This document shows, piece after piece, positions 63,924-64,000 of a stretch of 64,000 nucleotides of DNA; position 1 is the first letter of the stretch, and each line of letters opens with the position of its first letter. Below the pieces are notes generated by a model, which saw only the letters and a program-made list of their open reading frames with translations, searched no databases and was not told the origin of the DNA. A program made the translations under genes and the position numbers. Source of the stretch: a virus (taxonomy: Duplodnaviria > Heunggongvirae > Uroviricota > Caudoviricetes); the IMG/VR virus record IMGVR_UViG_3300037851_000307, positions 51,635 to 115,634 of that record; one strand, written 5' to 3'.

Positions 63924-64000
63924 TTTTTATTCCACATCACTACGTGATTCTTTCCGATGTCCCATTGGCTAACACGCGTATAAGCGTTACCGGTAGCAAG

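Noticed and set aside
1-64000. Integrase, attachment sites or host flanks (prophage boundaries)
   Set aside because: None seen; gene content is phage-like throughout and tRNAs are phage-embedded, so the window appears internal to a phage genome.

Overview
This 64-kb window looks like a contiguous piece of a large, AT-rich tailed dsDNA bacteriophage genome, with no host flanks visible. It has two parts.

Positions 1 to 30,790 are a plus-strand morphogenesis block:
- a partial SbcD/Mre11-like phosphoesterase
- HTH proteins and a TerS candidate
- the terminase large subunit
- an HNH endonuclease
- the portal
- a Tmk-like kinase
- a prohead-protease/SLT fusion
- an acidic repeat scaffold protein
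- the major capsid protein followed by a strong terminator
- a second, degenerate Tmk-like kinase
- a DEDD exonuclease
- many structural ORFs
- a 1454-aa collagen-like tail fiber
- putative tail/baseplate genes

Positions 30,764 to 64,000 are a mostly minus-strand early/metabolic block:
- dCMP deaminase
- a T4 gp42-like deoxypyrimidylate hydroxymethylase
- HNH endonucleases
- a Ro60/TROVE (Rsr) orthologue, preceded by a tandem array of five Y-RNA-like modules; one module carries a circularly permuted tRNA-like domain
- a MoxR-type AAA+ ATPase plus a vWA/HExxH protein
- a divergently transcribed ClpP-like protease
- HAD phosphatases
- an AAA ATPase
- a protein with an SSB-like DDDEDIPF tail
- about 17 tRNA or tRNA-like genes in two clusters, several of them non-canonical
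- a lipoprotein cytochrome c
- an HD-domain alarmone-hydrolase-like protein
- an SPFH protein
- many small ORFs

Recurrent nucleic-acid motifs:
- ACCGA(A/T)TCGA sits upstream of minus-strand genes.
- A 24-nt gene-junction motif (TTAGGTGGAGAAGATG core) recurs at five junctions.
- TATAAT is embedded in hairpins upstream of plus-strand genes.

No CRISPR array, integrase or rRNA was seen. All calls come from reading the sequence and from recalled family motifs; no searches were run.
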